Positions 9,811 through 18,985 of a stretch of DNA of 64,000 nucleotides are shown piece by piece. The notes below the pieces were generated by a model, which saw only the letters and a program-made list of their open reading frames with translations, ran no database searches and was not told the DNA's origin. The position numbers and the translations under genes were made by a program. Each line of letters opens with the position of its first letter. Positions within the stretch are counted from its first letter, which is position 1. The DNA lies in the NCBI GenBank assembly GCA_031520405.1, contig GCA_031520405.1_4842.1. The stretch is one strand, 5' to 3'. Source of the stretch: a phage.

Positions 9811-9981
9811 ATGAGCGCAATTGATATCGTTCGTGCAGTAATTGACGGTGACACTGAAACTGCTGTTGCAGAATGCAACATGGAACTTGATGCACGTAGT
9901 CAAGAACTATTAAACCAAGGCACAGCATATGTTCTGGATTCTATCGCAGCTGATATGAATTCAAACAACAACGGCCAGTAA
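9811..9981 (+). CDS. small protein (56 aa), possible prohead core protein
   Basis: not in ORF track (<60 aa); ATG with GGAG RBS; position between portal and protease as gp67/68 in T4; AACTAAATAT motif upstream. Confidence 0.4.
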   Translation: MSAIDIVRAVIDGDTETAVAECNMELDARSQELLNQGTAYVLDSIAADMNSNNNGQ

Positions 9982-9989
9982 GGAGATGC

Positions 9990-10307
9990 ATGATGGAAAT
10001 CACAGAGATCGCCACGTTCGCTGATTTCCTGGCCTCTCGTATGGACGAGCAGCGAGTCATCGATAAAGTGAACGCTCGTGGTAAACGCCGCCGCCGTCTG
10101 AAATGTGCCCCTGGGTTCAAATTGTCGGCTGATGGTTCACGTTGTGAAGTCATGGATGCCAGCGAACGTCGTGTTCGCAAGATCGGCAACCGCAAAGCCC
10201 TCCGCTCTAAAAAGCGTATGGGAATGGGCTATCAACGTAAAATCGAGCGCCGCAAGAAAAAGGCTATGAAGTTCCGCAAAATGATGGGACTGAGTAAGAA
10301 CAAGTAA
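9990..10307 (+). CDS. highly basic small protein, possible prohead core/internal protein
   Basis: Arg/Lys-rich 105 aa; GGAG RBS; location between portal and prohead protease. Confidence 0.5.
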   Translation: MMEITEIATFADFLASRMDEQRVIDKVNARGKRRRRLKCAPGFKLSADGSRCEVMDASERRVRKIGNRKALRSKKRMGMGYQRKIERRKKKAMKFRKMMGLSKNK

Positions 10308-10314
10308 GGAGTTT

Positions 10315-10983
10315 ATGATGAAACTGTTGCGTGAGATCACAGCGATAGGGAAGGATCTTCTAATCGGTGAGGCCACAACCTCAACTGGTGGGAAGGCCAT
10401 GTTCATCGAAGGTCCGTTTGTGATGTGTAACCAAGTCAACCGTAACGGGCGTAACTATGATCTGCAGAAAGTGGGTATTCCTGCTGTCGAAGCATACGAC
10501 AAAGAGTATATCCAAGATCGTCGCGCAATCGGTGAAGTCACACATCCTGACTATCCTTTCCCTAATCTGGTGGAAGCAGCGCTCAAAACCGAATCCCTTC
10601 GCTGGGAAGGCACTAATGCCATCGGTCGGGCGCGAATTTTAAATACACCAAAAGGCCAAATCATACGTGCATTGGCTGAAGCAGACTTCAATCTGGCCGT
10701 GTCTACACGTGGCCTGGGTGAGACCAAGTCAGTAAACGGTTATGATGACGTTCAGCCTGGCTTTATGCTCACCGCTGTTGATGCAGTCGACCGTCCTTCT
10801 GGACAAGTTTGTTATGTTAAGGCTGTGAGTGAATCTGTTGAATGGCAGCTTGATGAGGCTTCGGGTATTTGGATGCCTCGTGATGTTAAAGGGAAAGTTG
10901 TAGACCAGTTGGTGAAAACCAATATCCAGGTTGAAGACGATTTCCTGCGCCGCCTTGATGCAGCATTGAATCATCTGGGCTGA
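10315..10983 (+). CDS. prohead core protease (gp21-like)
   Basis: similarity to T4 gp21 (GEVTHP, LAVSTRGLGE). Confidence 0.85.
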   Translation: MMKLLREITAIGKDLLIGEATTSTGGKAMFIEGPFVMCNQVNRNGRNYDLQKVGIPAVEAYDKEYIQDRRAIGEVTHPDYPFPNLVEAALKTESLRWEGTNAIGRARILNTPKGQIIRALAEADFNLAVSTRGLGETKSVNGYDDVQPGFMLTAVDAVDRPSGQVCYVKAVSESVEWQLDEASGIWMPRDVKGKVVDQLVKTNIQVEDDFLRRLDAALNHLG

Positions 10984-10992
10984 AATTCAGCT

Positions 10993-11002
10993 CACTAAAT
11001 AC
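10993..11002 (+). promoter_or_regulatory. putative late-promoter-like motif CACTAAATAC upstream of scaffold gene
   Basis: motif ~28 nt upstream of ATG 11030. Confidence 0.3.
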
Positions 11003-11029
11003 TGAAAAATCGTTCAGAAGGAAACTATC

Positions 11030-11869
11030 ATGAAACCTGAATTGCAAAAACTGTTTGAAGGCGTTAATGGCCTCAGCACCGATTTCTTGGACAAAGTATC
11101 TGGTCTGCTGGAATCTAAAGTTGAAGCCGCCCGTCTGCAAGCTATTCAAGAAACTGAAGCGGCTGGTAACGTTGAGCGCCTGACTCTGGTAGAAGCCCAC
11201 CAGAAAGAAGTCGCAGACCTTAAAGAAAATTTCACTCTTCAGTTGGCGGAAAAAGTTGATTCGTTCCTCAACGCGGTGGTTGAAGAATGGGCTAACAAAA
11301 ATGCTCCGGCTATTGACGCTCAGATCAAAACCGAAGCTGCTGAACGCTTCCTCACTGGTTTCTCTAATGTTCTGAAAGAAGCAGGTGTTAGTTTCGCCAC
11401 TGACCCAGACGGTCAGATTGCAGCTCTCACCAACCGCCTGGCTGAAGCAGAGCAACGCGCCAGCATTGCCAATACTGAATTGGCCCAGCTCAAAGAAAGT
11501 GAAACCAAACGCCAGCGCAATGATGTCATTGATCGTATTTGTGAAGGTATGGTTGACACCAAGAAAGACACTGTTGTCAACCTGCTGGAAGGTATTGAAT
11601 TCCAGACCGAGTCTGAATTTGAATCCCGTGTGCGCACCTTCCGTAACCTGGTAGAAGGCAAAGATGACTTCTCTGATAAAGTCGGCAAAGACAATGAAAA
11701 AGGCAAGCCGGATGGCGACAAGTCTGAAAAAGACATCAAAGAAGGTAAAAAACCGAAGAAAGAAGGTGAAGCCGACGATGATGACGATGACGATGATGAC
11801 AAAGACGAAGTTGGCAAAGAAGTCAACGAAGCCGTCCGTCGCCAGATCAGTGCTTTGCTGAACGGCTAA
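11030..11869 (+). CDS. prohead core scaffolding protein (gp22-like)
   Basis: coiled-coil acidic protein with poly-Asp tract, between protease and major capsid as in T4. Confidence 0.75.
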   Translation: MKPELQKLFEGVNGLSTDFLDKVSGLLESKVEAARLQAIQETEAAGNVERLTLVEAHQKEVADLKENFTLQLAEKVDSFLNAVVEEWANKNAPAIDAQIKTEAAERFLTGFSNVLKEAGVSFATDPDGQIAALTNRLAEAEQRASIANTELAQLKESETKRQRNDVIDRICEGMVDTKKDTVVNLLEGIEFQTESEFESRVRTFRNLVEGKDDFSDKVGKDNEKGKPDGDKSEKDIKEGKKPKKEGEADDDDDDDDDKDEVGKEVNEAVRRQISALLNG

Positions 11870-11960
11870 TTTTAGCAGCCACAGCCCTCGAAAGGGGGCT
11901 TGATTTTGAACTACTAAGTAATTTCAACTTAACTGAATATCAATGTAAGGAACGAGCATC

Positions 11961-13283
11961 ATGACTAAGAAACTTGTAACCGAAGAAATGCGCAAACAGT
12001 GGCTGCCAGTTCTCCAAAAAGAATCTGAAGCTATTCAACCTCTGTCTGCCGAAAACGTAACCATCCGTCTGATGCAGAACCAGGCTGAATGGAACGCAAA
12101 AAACCTGGGCGAATCTGACGCACCTGGTTCTGTGAACAGCACTGTCGGTAAATGGCAGCCAGTTCTGATCGACATGGCAAAACGTCTGGCGCCGATCAAC
12201 ATCGCGATGGACTTCTTCGGTGTTCAGCCGCTGTCTGGTCCTGACGGTCAGATCTTTGCACTGCGCGCTCGCCAGGGTGTTGGTGACAGTTCCAACACCG
12301 CACAGTCTCGTAAAGAACTGTTCATGCAGGAAGCCGATTCCGGCTATTCCGGTGATGGTACTGTACAGGCTGGCGACCCGTCAGGCTTTAGTCAGGCTGA
12401 GATCGAAGGTTCCGGCTCTGTCGTGACCACTATCGGTAAAGGTATGCCGTCAACCGACGCGGAACTGCTGGGTACTACCACCAATCCGTGGGCGCGTGTT
12501 GGTATCACCGTTCAGAAAGCGACCGTTACTGCCAAGTCTCGCGGCCTGTACGCTGATTACAGCCATGAACTGCGTCAGGACATGATGGCAATTCACGGCG
12601 AAGACGTGGACAATATCCTGTCTGACGTGATGGTAACTGAAATTCAGGCGGAAATGAACCGTGAATTCATCCGTACCATGAACTTCAGTGCTGTTCGCTT
12701 CAAAAAATTCGGCACCAACGGTGTTGTTGATATCGCGCAGGACATCTCCGGTCGTTGGGCGCTGGAAAAATGGAAGTTCCTAACTTTCATGCTGGAAGTT
12801 GAAGCGAACGGTATCGGTGTTGACACCCGTCGTGGTAAAGGCAACCGTGTTCTGTGTTCTCCGAACGTGGCATCCGCTCTGGCGATGTCTGGCATGCTGG
12901 ACTATGCTCCGGTTCTACAGGAAAACACTAAACTGGCTGTTGACCCGACTGGCCAGACCTTCGCTGGTGTTCTGTCCAACGGTATGCGCGTCTATGTTGA
13001 CCCGTATGCTGTAGCAGAATATATCACTCTGGCATACAAAGGCGCAACTGCGCTGGATGCCGGTATCTTCTTCGCGCCGTATGTGCCGCTGGAAATGTAC
13101 CGCACCCAGGGTGAAACCACCTTCGCTCCGCGTATGGCGTTCAAAACCCGTTACGGCATCTGTGCTAACCCGTTCGTACAGATTCCGGCTAACCAAGACC
13201 CGCAGGTTTACGTGACTGCTGACGGTATTGCTCAAGACAGCAACCCGTATTTCCGCAAAGGTCTGATCAAATCTCTGTTCTAA
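11961..13283 (+). CDS. major capsid protein (gp23-like)
   Basis: FFGVQPLSGPDGQIFALRA matches T4 gp23 ICGVQPMNSPTGQVFALRA; strongly biased codon usage. Confidence 0.9.
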   Translation: MTKKLVTEEMRKQWLPVLQKESEAIQPLSAENVTIRLMQNQAEWNAKNLGESDAPGSVNSTVGKWQPVLIDMAKRLAPINIAMDFFGVQPLSGPDGQIFALRARQGVGDSSNTAQSRKELFMQEADSGYSGDGTVQAGDPSGFSQAEIEGSGSVVTTIGKGMPSTDAELLGTTTNPWARVGITVQKATVTAKSRGLYADYSHELRQDMMAIHGEDVDNILSDVMVTEIQAEMNREFIRTMNFSAVRFKKFGTNGVVDIAQDISGRWALEKWKFLTFMLEVEANGIGVDTRRGKGNRVLCSPNVASALAMSGMLDYAPVLQENTKLAVDPTGQTFAGVLSNGMRVYVDPYAVAEYITLAYKGATALDAGIFFAPYVPLEMYRTQGETTFAPRMAFKTRYGICANPFVQIPANQDPQVYVTADGIAQDSNPYFRKGLIKSLF

Positions 13284-13301
13284 TCGACAGGTTTTGATAA
13301 C

Positions 13302-13329
13302 AAACCCCGCCGAAGCGGGGTTTTTCTTT
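13302..13329 (+). terminator. rho-independent terminator
   Basis: AAACCCCGC-CGAA-GCGGGGTTT hairpin plus T-run. Confidence 0.7.
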
Positions 13330-13377
13330 ATAGGGATATGTAAGATAATAAAGCCTCATTTATCAAAGGAGGTTAAA

Positions 13378-13614
13378 ATGTCTCATCAATTATCCGGCGG
13401 TGCCGTCGATACTCTATTCGTTCTTTTCTGGTTTGGACCTCGTGAAGCTGGGGAAATACCTGCTAAATCTGGAGAAGCCGAATTGGCCTCCCTGGGGTTT
13501 TGTAAACGAGTTGATGTTAAAAACGTACCAAAAGGTCGAGATACACATCTGTGTGTACTCACCGAGGAAGGTTACAAATACGCATATCTGAAATATGTTT
13601 CTCAAAATACGTGA
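13378..13614 (+). CDS. hypothetical protein
   Basis: ATG after AAAGGAGG RBS (track start 13294 spans the terminator). Confidence 0.4.
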   Translation: MSHQLSGGAVDTLFVLFWFGPREAGEIPAKSGEAELASLGFCKRVDVKNVPKGRDTHLCVLTEEGYKYAYLKYVSQNT

Positions 13615-13701
13615 TTGTTTATCGTAACGATTTAATACGCGAATAGTTCAATAACAATTCCTGTTGTACGATATAACTTTCTTACAACAGGAGTATCAGT
13701 C

Positions 13702-14016
13702 ATGACAACCCGAAATATTACCTCTGAACAATCCGTGTCACAAATCCTCATTAATTCCCGCACCCAAAAAGAACGTCTTTTTGACATCCTCACTAATGTG
13801 ATCAATATTCGTCGACAATTAGATGGTGAATTTCCCGAATCTGATTCTGAAGAAAAATCAACACACAATCCAGGTCTTGTTGGTGCTATCCTTAACATAC
13901 AAGGAGAGCAGGACGATATCATCGATAGAATCAATGCTCACATGGACGTCATCCATACTAAACTGGGAACGTTTTATCACCCAAATTGTGAAGACGAGTC
14001 TAAAGATAATTGTTAA
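13702..14016 (+). CDS. hypothetical protein
   Basis: ORF with AGGAG RBS. Confidence 0.5.
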   Translation: MTTRNITSEQSVSQILINSRTQKERLFDILTNVINIRRQLDGEFPESDSEEKSTHNPGLVGAILNIQGEQDDIIDRINAHMDVIHTKLGTFYHPNCEDESKDNC

Positions 14017-14077
14017 TGTTTTCAATAAATGGGTAATGAACCATCATTACCCAACTTTCACAATAGGAATACAACTC

Positions 14078-14272
14078 ATGGCAAAAGAAACTCTTAACAA
14101 TGAAAACTCCAACTTTGCAGAATGGCATACCGAATTAGAGCGCGTTGCCCGTTCTCAACATGGTTCTGCCGCTGATGCAGATGCTTGGCGTGAAGATTAT
14201 GAATCTGGAAAAACTCCACGTCAGGCTTGGGAAGACGAATGGGGGTGGGATGATGCCGACTCTAATCCGTAA
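14078..14272 (+). CDS. hypothetical protein (64 aa)
   Basis: in-frame ATG with AGGAA RBS inside longer track ORF. Confidence 0.4.
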   Translation: MAKETLNNENSNFAEWHTELERVARSQHGSAADADAWREDYESGKTPRQAWEDEWGWDDADSNP

Positions 14273-14483
14273 GATATATCTGGATAAGAACTATTTGGAA
14301 TCTAAAATCGAAGTTTTCACGGCTCAAAAAATATTTGAAGACGGTGAAACGAGATATTATCTGAATCCAGACCTTTATCTCCCAGGAAGTAATTTGAATC
14401 GCGACATATCCCAAATAGATGGCACAATCATTCGTTGGGAAATAGCGACGCAAGAAGACAACTGTCACAACATAACACTTTGA
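14250..14483 (+). CDS. hypothetical protein
   Basis: ATG preceded by G-rich RBS; overlaps upstream stop. Confidence 0.4.
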   Translation: MMPTLIRKIYLDKNYLESKIEVFTAQKIFEDGETRYYLNPDLYLPGSNLNRDISQIDGTIIRWEIATQEDNCHNITL

Positions 14484-14498
14484 AGAGAGAACTACATC

Positions 14499-14945
14499 AT
14501 GTCTAAACAAAATTATATCTTTATTAGTCCAGGACGTTCCCAGTTTTTTCGTAGCGACATCGATACACCTATCGAAGGTTTTCGCATTTTCAAATGCTAT
14601 AAATTGGCCAGCGGTGACATTGATTATCAAAGTCACGACAATGACCGCCAAGACTTGGTTGATAACGGTTGGGAAGAAATAGATTCTCCTCAATATCTGA
14701 CCGTCAACCTTTATTATATGAAGGAAAGCGGTAAATATTATTCGACTGGGGAGTTGAAAATCCGAGTTTCAGAAGCCCAATCCAATCCAGCAAAAAGTTG
14801 GTATGACACGCAAGAGTTAGTGCGTGATCTCCTGAAGAAAGGCGAACTGCCTGGCTTGGTTAAAGGTTCCCGTTTTGATACCTTCATGTCCTGCGAACAA
14901 CACCCGTGCTATGTTCCGACTTTATTTAAAATCAGCAACATGTGA
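14499..14945 (+). CDS. hypothetical protein
   Basis: ORF with GAGAGA RBS-like sequence. Confidence 0.5.
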   Translation: MSKQNYIFISPGRSQFFRSDIDTPIEGFRIFKCYKLASGDIDYQSHDNDRQDLVDNGWEEIDSPQYLTVNLYYMKESGKYYSTGELKIRVSEAQSNPAKSWYDTQELVRDLLKKGELPGLVKGSRFDTFMSCEQHPCYVPTLFKISNM

Positions 14946-14956
14946 GAGATTAATAT

Positions 14957-15331
14957 ATGAGCAATTTACCACTGCTTCAAGTCGGCGATGTGTTCGTTCT
15001 CACAGAAGAAATGACCATTGAAACTCAGGTGCCTAAGCATTTCTTGTATTCTAATTGCAAGGGAGATTGGCAAACGGACTCTGGTTATATCACCCCTGAG
15101 GGATTCTTCGGTTACATGCAAGGGCATTATGTCGTTACCAAAACAGCTCTACAAGGAGGTAGCGCTGGTCACGACCCATACCCAGACGGTCATCATGTTT
15201 GGGCACAGCATACCGAAAATGAACGCATCAGGATCTGTTTTTATCAGACAGGCAGCTTCAGAAACATGCACCGTAACGTTCCAGTAGTCGGAAAAGCCAA
15301 GGCGCAAACATGGACTTGGGAGAAATTATGA
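14957..15331 (+). CDS. hypothetical protein
   Basis: ORF closely following previous gene. Confidence 0.5.
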   Translation: MSNLPLLQVGDVFVLTEEMTIETQVPKHFLYSNCKGDWQTDSGYITPEGFFGYMQGHYVVTKTALQGGSAGHDPYPDGHHVWAQHTENERIRICFYQTGSFRNMHRNVPVVGKAKAQTWTWEKL

Positions 15332-15564
15332 GAATCAAAAAGATTGGAGCAAGCCCGTTGACGGGCACTATCTTCCAGGGCACTCTGAATACTAAGACCA
15401 GCATGTGGGTCGGTGAGAAGACTGATGTGACTAACGACTGTGTAGCGGCTACGGCTGAACACATGCGCCACATCAAGAAAGACTACTGCTTCCCTACTAA
15501 AGACGGCAAGTTCCTGGTGCTGAGCGCTGAGGTTCACGACACTCTTCCTGATCGCTTCAAATAA
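15328..15564 (+). CDS. hypothetical protein
   Basis: ATG with GGAG RBS, ATGA overlap with upstream stop. Confidence 0.45.
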   Translation: MRIKKIGASPLTGTIFQGTLNTKTSMWVGEKTDVTNDCVAATAEHMRHIKKDYCFPTKDGKFLVLSAEVHDTLPDRFK

Positions 15565-15583
15565 ATTTAAAATTTATTCAATA

Positions 15584-15618
15584 AACGGGGTTTACTTCTT
15601 CAATAAACCCCGTATACT
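15584..15618 (+). promoter_or_regulatory. early-promoter cassette: hairpin overlapping -35 GTTTAC, 17-nt spacer, -10 TATACT
   Basis: ACGGGGTTTA...TAAACCCCGT hairpin; GTTTAC(15590-15595)-N17-TATACT(15613-15618); conserved leader to ATG 15667. Confidence 0.45.
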
Positions 15619-15666
15619 TCATTCCATAAGCAGCACAACACTGACTCTGAAATGAAGGACTACACC

Positions 15667-15963
15667 ATGAACAACATGCCAACCACCAAAACTGCTCTGG
15701 AAATCGATTCTCGCTTTATCGTTGAAGCATGGGCCAACAGCCAAAACTCTTATGTGTATTCCCTTTATGTCGGTGACACTTATGTTTCTTGCCTCGGCAT
15801 CGACGGCTCCAAGAACGAGCACGGCGTGAACGAGCGCTATACCAAAAAGCAGGCTATCGCTGATGCTACCAAATTCGCGACCGACATTCTGGGTCGCATC
15901 AATGCGGGTAAACCGTACAAACGCGGTGAAAAGGGCTATGTCACCCAATTGCTTGGTGCTTGA
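15667..15963 (+). CDS. hypothetical protein (N-terminus MNNMPTTKT; member of recurring early gene module)
   Basis: AAGGA RBS; leader and N-terminus resemble those of genes at 51770 and 57644. Confidence 0.5.
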   Translation: MNNMPTTKTALEIDSRFIVEAWANSQNSYVYSLYVGDTYVSCLGIDGSKNEHGVNERYTKKQAIADATKFATDILGRINAGKPYKRGEKGYVTQLLGA

Positions 15964-16032
15964 TTTGTTCTAAACCTTTGAACGGGGTATGTTAACCGCA
16001 TACCCTATCCCCTACAAATAGAGGACTTTACC

Positions 16033-16377
16033 ATGACAGTCGACACCAAACTGAATAATTCCGTGGAGATCCCCCACATCGTCAAATTCGAAAAGCCGAG
16101 CGAGCGTAAGCCACGCAAAACGCGCCGCCTGGTCACCAAGCTGGATCTTCTGAAACAGAAGTTCGGCGATCACAGTGTGTTCACTCGCATCCGTAACGCA
16201 TTAAAGGAAGGGCGAACCGAGTTGGAGCTATATCGTCCAAACGGTTCCACTCGTGCGTATCAGACCACCGACGGCTTGCTGGAACTGATCCGCCTCTCGG
16301 GAATGAGCATAGAACCTCGTTCATCAGGGACTCCCTTGTGCAGCCTGTATGTAATCGGCAATCTTGGGGCGCTGTGA
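16033..16377 (+). CDS. hypothetical protein
   Basis: ORF with GAGGA RBS. Confidence 0.5.
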   Translation: MTVDTKLNNSVEIPHIVKFEKPSERKPRKTRRLVTKLDLLKQKFGDHSVFTRIRNALKEGRTELELYRPNGSTRAYQTTDGLLELIRLSGMSIEPRSSGTPLCSLYVIGNLGAL

Positions 16378-16382
16378 GTTCT

Positions 16383-16805
16383 ATGAAGAAGTATATCGTT
16401 CTTATAACGGGTTCCCGTTCTATAACTGAGCGGGATAAAATATTTGCCAAATTAGATGAACTCTTAATCCCTCACGAGATAGAGACGTTTATTGAAGGTG
16501 AAGCAGTAGGTGTGGATCTGATATCCCGTGATTGGTGTGAAATCAATTATGTGCATATTACACCAATGCCGATTCCTCAAAATTACCATACGTTATATGG
16601 GAAAGGTGCGGGCAATCAACGTAACAAAGATATGCTGGACAAGGCTCTAACATTGGCGAAGCAAAAAGATCTTGAGGTCTTTGGAATTGCATTATGGGAT
16701 GGTTCGTCTACTGGGACGCAAGACATGATCAAGCGCATGAAGAAAGCGGGAATAAATGTCAATATCACTCTCATGGGCAAACCCAAAACCAAACGATTGT
16801 TATAA
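16383..16805 (+). CDS. SLOG-like (DprA/LOG Rossmann-like, DUF2493-type) protein
   Basis: IVLITGSRS strand, GEAVGVDLISRDW, WDGSSTGTQDMI: motif pattern typical of SLOG nucleotide-binding domains. Confidence 0.45.
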   Translation: MKKYIVLITGSRSITERDKIFAKLDELLIPHEIETFIEGEAVGVDLISRDWCEINYVHITPMPIPQNYHTLYGKGAGNQRNKDMLDKALTLAKQKDLEVFGIALWDGSSTGTQDMIKRMKKAGINVNITLMGKPKTKRLL

Positions 16806-16808
16806 ATA
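16801..16808 (+). promoter_or_regulatory. T4-type late promoter box TATAAATA
   Basis: only perfect TATAAATA in the window; 28 nt upstream of ATG 16836. Confidence 0.3.
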
Positions 16809-16835
16809 AATTTGCCACCCATGAGGAGTTATACC

Positions 16836-17006
16836 ATGTTACAAATACTGTTGGTGCTTTGTGTCGCATTTACCATGTACTTCATGGCGCGCATCTGTTT
16901 TATTACTTTAGATGACATGAAGGGTATCCCACGTGACCACAAATTCATCTTTCTGAAGAAGTTTGCCAAAAAGTTCTCAGAAAACTTTATTTATCATCTA
17001 CCATGA
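16836..17006 (+). CDS. small hydrophobic protein (56 aa)
   Basis: ATG with GAGGAG RBS; hydrophobic N-terminal segment. Confidence 0.35.
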   Translation: MLQILLVLCVAFTMYFMARICFITLDDMKGIPRDHKFIFLKKFAKKFSENFIYHLP

Positions 17007-17036
17007 TTAAATACCCCCAAAATTGGGGGTATTTTT

Positions 17037-17765
17037 ATGAACGCACAAATCTACGATGTCCTTTCCTCTGGTAACGCATTTAGCAATCCGCTTCCGTCCC
17101 TCTCCGGTCCCTCACAGGATTTAATCACCAGTGGTAGTACCAATATACCATTGATAACTGCCAACGCGACTCCGGAAATGCAGGTGGCTATGTCAGCAGG
17201 TGGATTAACACCAGATAAACTTACAGCAGCCACAAACATGTATAGCTCTGCCAACACGGGGATAACGACACTGAACACATATGGCGACCAGAGCATAAAT
17301 GAAGCGTATTCAAGAATTGGGACTTCCGTTTCATATAAATCAGGTTTGAAAAGTATATCACGGGAACCAAACAATTGTGACCTGATCAACAAAGCATTCG
17401 GTGTTATTCAGGATCTAGGCCGCCAATGGTTAAACGCTATGGAAGGCGCTCTCCAGACTGTGACTAACAAGATATCGGAATTGTATGACATGATTATGGA
17501 AGGTGCCTCAGAAGGGATGGCAAAACTACAGCAATTGGCTGCTGAAGTAACAGGACATATCAATGAGGCAATAACCGCCGTCAATGGAGTTATAAATGAT
17601 ATCACCGATGGGATAGCTGCAGAACTTGCTCATATTGAAAGTATGATCAAAGAATGTCTAAACTTCTCTTTTGCGAATGTTCTTGGAGAATGGGCCAAAG
17701 ATCTCTGTGCTGGAGGCGTTATTGATAAAATAGGGACTCCAGAATTAAAAGAGTCCCTGAAATAA
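17037..17765 (+). CDS. hypothetical protein (242 aa)
   Basis: ORF starting just after a G/C hairpin; no recognisable domain. Confidence 0.5.
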   Translation: MNAQIYDVLSSGNAFSNPLPSLSGPSQDLITSGSTNIPLITANATPEMQVAMSAGGLTPDKLTAATNMYSSANTGITTLNTYGDQSINEAYSRIGTSVSYKSGLKSISREPNNCDLINKAFGVIQDLGRQWLNAMEGALQTVTNKISELYDMIMEGASEGMAKLQQLAAEVTGHINEAITAVNGVINDITDGIAAELAHIESMIKECLNFSFANVLGEWAKDLCAGGVIDKIGTPELKESLK

Positions 17766-18386
17766 TCAATGTCTAGCGGGGAGAACTCCCACTGGTTCGA
17801 TACCTTCCATCACCAGGGAGTTCACCCCAACATCACTCATTCGAATCCATACTTTACCGCCTGGTCTTATTTCATAGATGTTCATTTCATTACCCACAGC
17901 AGATCCATTAACGAAAACACCCTGAGTGGCAATTCGGATCGGAGATTTGGTGTTATTAACTATCTGAAATGATATTGCAACGTCTCTGGTGATTTCTACG
18001 TCCCTTGCTTGAGTATTCCTTCTGAGTTTGTCAAAGAAAGAAGGGTTGAAAGTCGCTATGATGCTATTATTCTGAGAGTAATAAATACTTGCGGATAGAT
18101 ATGGGATCTTTCCTTCGTCACCTTTCCTCAATAGGGGAATCGTGGTTTTCCAGTATGGTCTCAGTGACTGGTTGTTATCATCAAAACAACCAACAGCTTG
18201 AAGAGTCTGGAAGTTCTGAAAATCAGATACTACTTGATTCAGAATATTTTTATTGCATTTATCAATGTCGGCTGAGATGTTAACAGGTATGGTTCTGATT
18301 TCAGGATCCCAGAGGTCGGTTACAGAAATGACGGACGTGACAAAGATACGGCAACTTGTGAGTGCAAGCACCATTATCATCGTCAT
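17766..18386 (-). CDS. putative lipoprotein (reverse strand)
   Basis: N-terminus MTMIMVLALTSC with lipobox LTSC; long uninterrupted reverse ORF where forward frames are fragmented; stop abuts stop of convergent 17037..17765. Confidence 0.45.
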   Translation of the reverse strand: MTMIMVLALTSCRIFVTSVISVTDLWDPEIRTIPVNISADIDKCNKNILNQVVSDFQNFQTLQAVGCFDDNNQSLRPYWKTTIPLLRKGDEGKIPYLSASIYYSQNNSIIATFNPSFFDKLRRNTQARDVEITRDVAISFQIVNNTKSPIRIATQGVFVNGSAVGNEMNIYEIRPGGKVWIRMSDVGVNSLVMEGIEPVGVLPARH

Positions 18387-18449
18387 GATCCATTTTCTGA
18401 ATCCGCGTGTCAGGAACACTAAAACGTTCTCCACAGCAAAGGTGCTAAC

Positions 18450-18947
18450 ATGACAGGTGTACAATTCAAAAACGAAAATCCTAATTTCGCGGCTTCCGAT
18501 AAATGGCGCTTAACTATCGGAGACCTGATATTGCTTACTCGTTCAATACATGACTTCAGTATTCCTGGAGTGTATTCTGAAGGTATCGAGGGTCCATCCC
18601 CTGGCGATGTGCTCAACTCCATACCTTCAGAACGTCTCACGTATGACCCCATCGTATTTACGTTCGTTATCGATGAGAGTTGGTACAACTGGGAACAGAT
18701 TTACAATTGGATTGCGTCTAATGCTGGATCTGATTTAGCTGTTAGCCGCGACATCACCATCGACCTTCTTGATAACATGAATCGACCTATTGGTCTACAA
18801 TTGTTGTTGGAAGAAGCCCGTCCCACAGCTTTGGATAACGTATTGGTGGATGTGGATGCTGCGGTTCCCCAACTGGTCACGACTGTTACGTTCAAATATT
18901 TGAAACTGACTCCGACTCGCGTCACCCGCGAAATTGATAAACAATAA
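18450..18947 (+). CDS. hypothetical protein
   Basis: ORF with RBS-like AAGGTG upstream. Confidence 0.5.
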   Translation: MTGVQFKNENPNFAASDKWRLTIGDLILLTRSIHDFSIPGVYSEGIEGPSPGDVLNSIPSERLTYDPIVFTFVIDESWYNWEQIYNWIASNAGSDLAVSRDITIDLLDNMNRPIGLQLLLEEARPTALDNVLVDVDAAVPQLVTTVTFKYLKLTPTRVTREIDKQ

Positions 18948-18985
18948 GTTATAATACAGAGAGTTGAAACAGCAGGGAATAAATC

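Noticed and set aside
11776-11800. GAT/GAC triplet repeat (poly-Asp tract) in the scaffold gene
   Set aside because: In-frame low-complexity coding sequence typical of acidic scaffold proteins, not a regulatory or CRISPR-like repeat
10886-11826. Reverse ORFs (189 aa and 137 aa) across the protease/scaffold region
   Set aside because: Antisense to conserved gp21/gp22 genes; the Ser-rich reverse translation comes from the Asp/Glu-rich sense codons
17830-17850. TTCGAATCC sequence resembling a tRNA T-loop
   Set aside because: No flanking acceptor/anticodon stem structure could be built and it lies inside a coding ORF; no tRNA gene could be supported anywhere in the window
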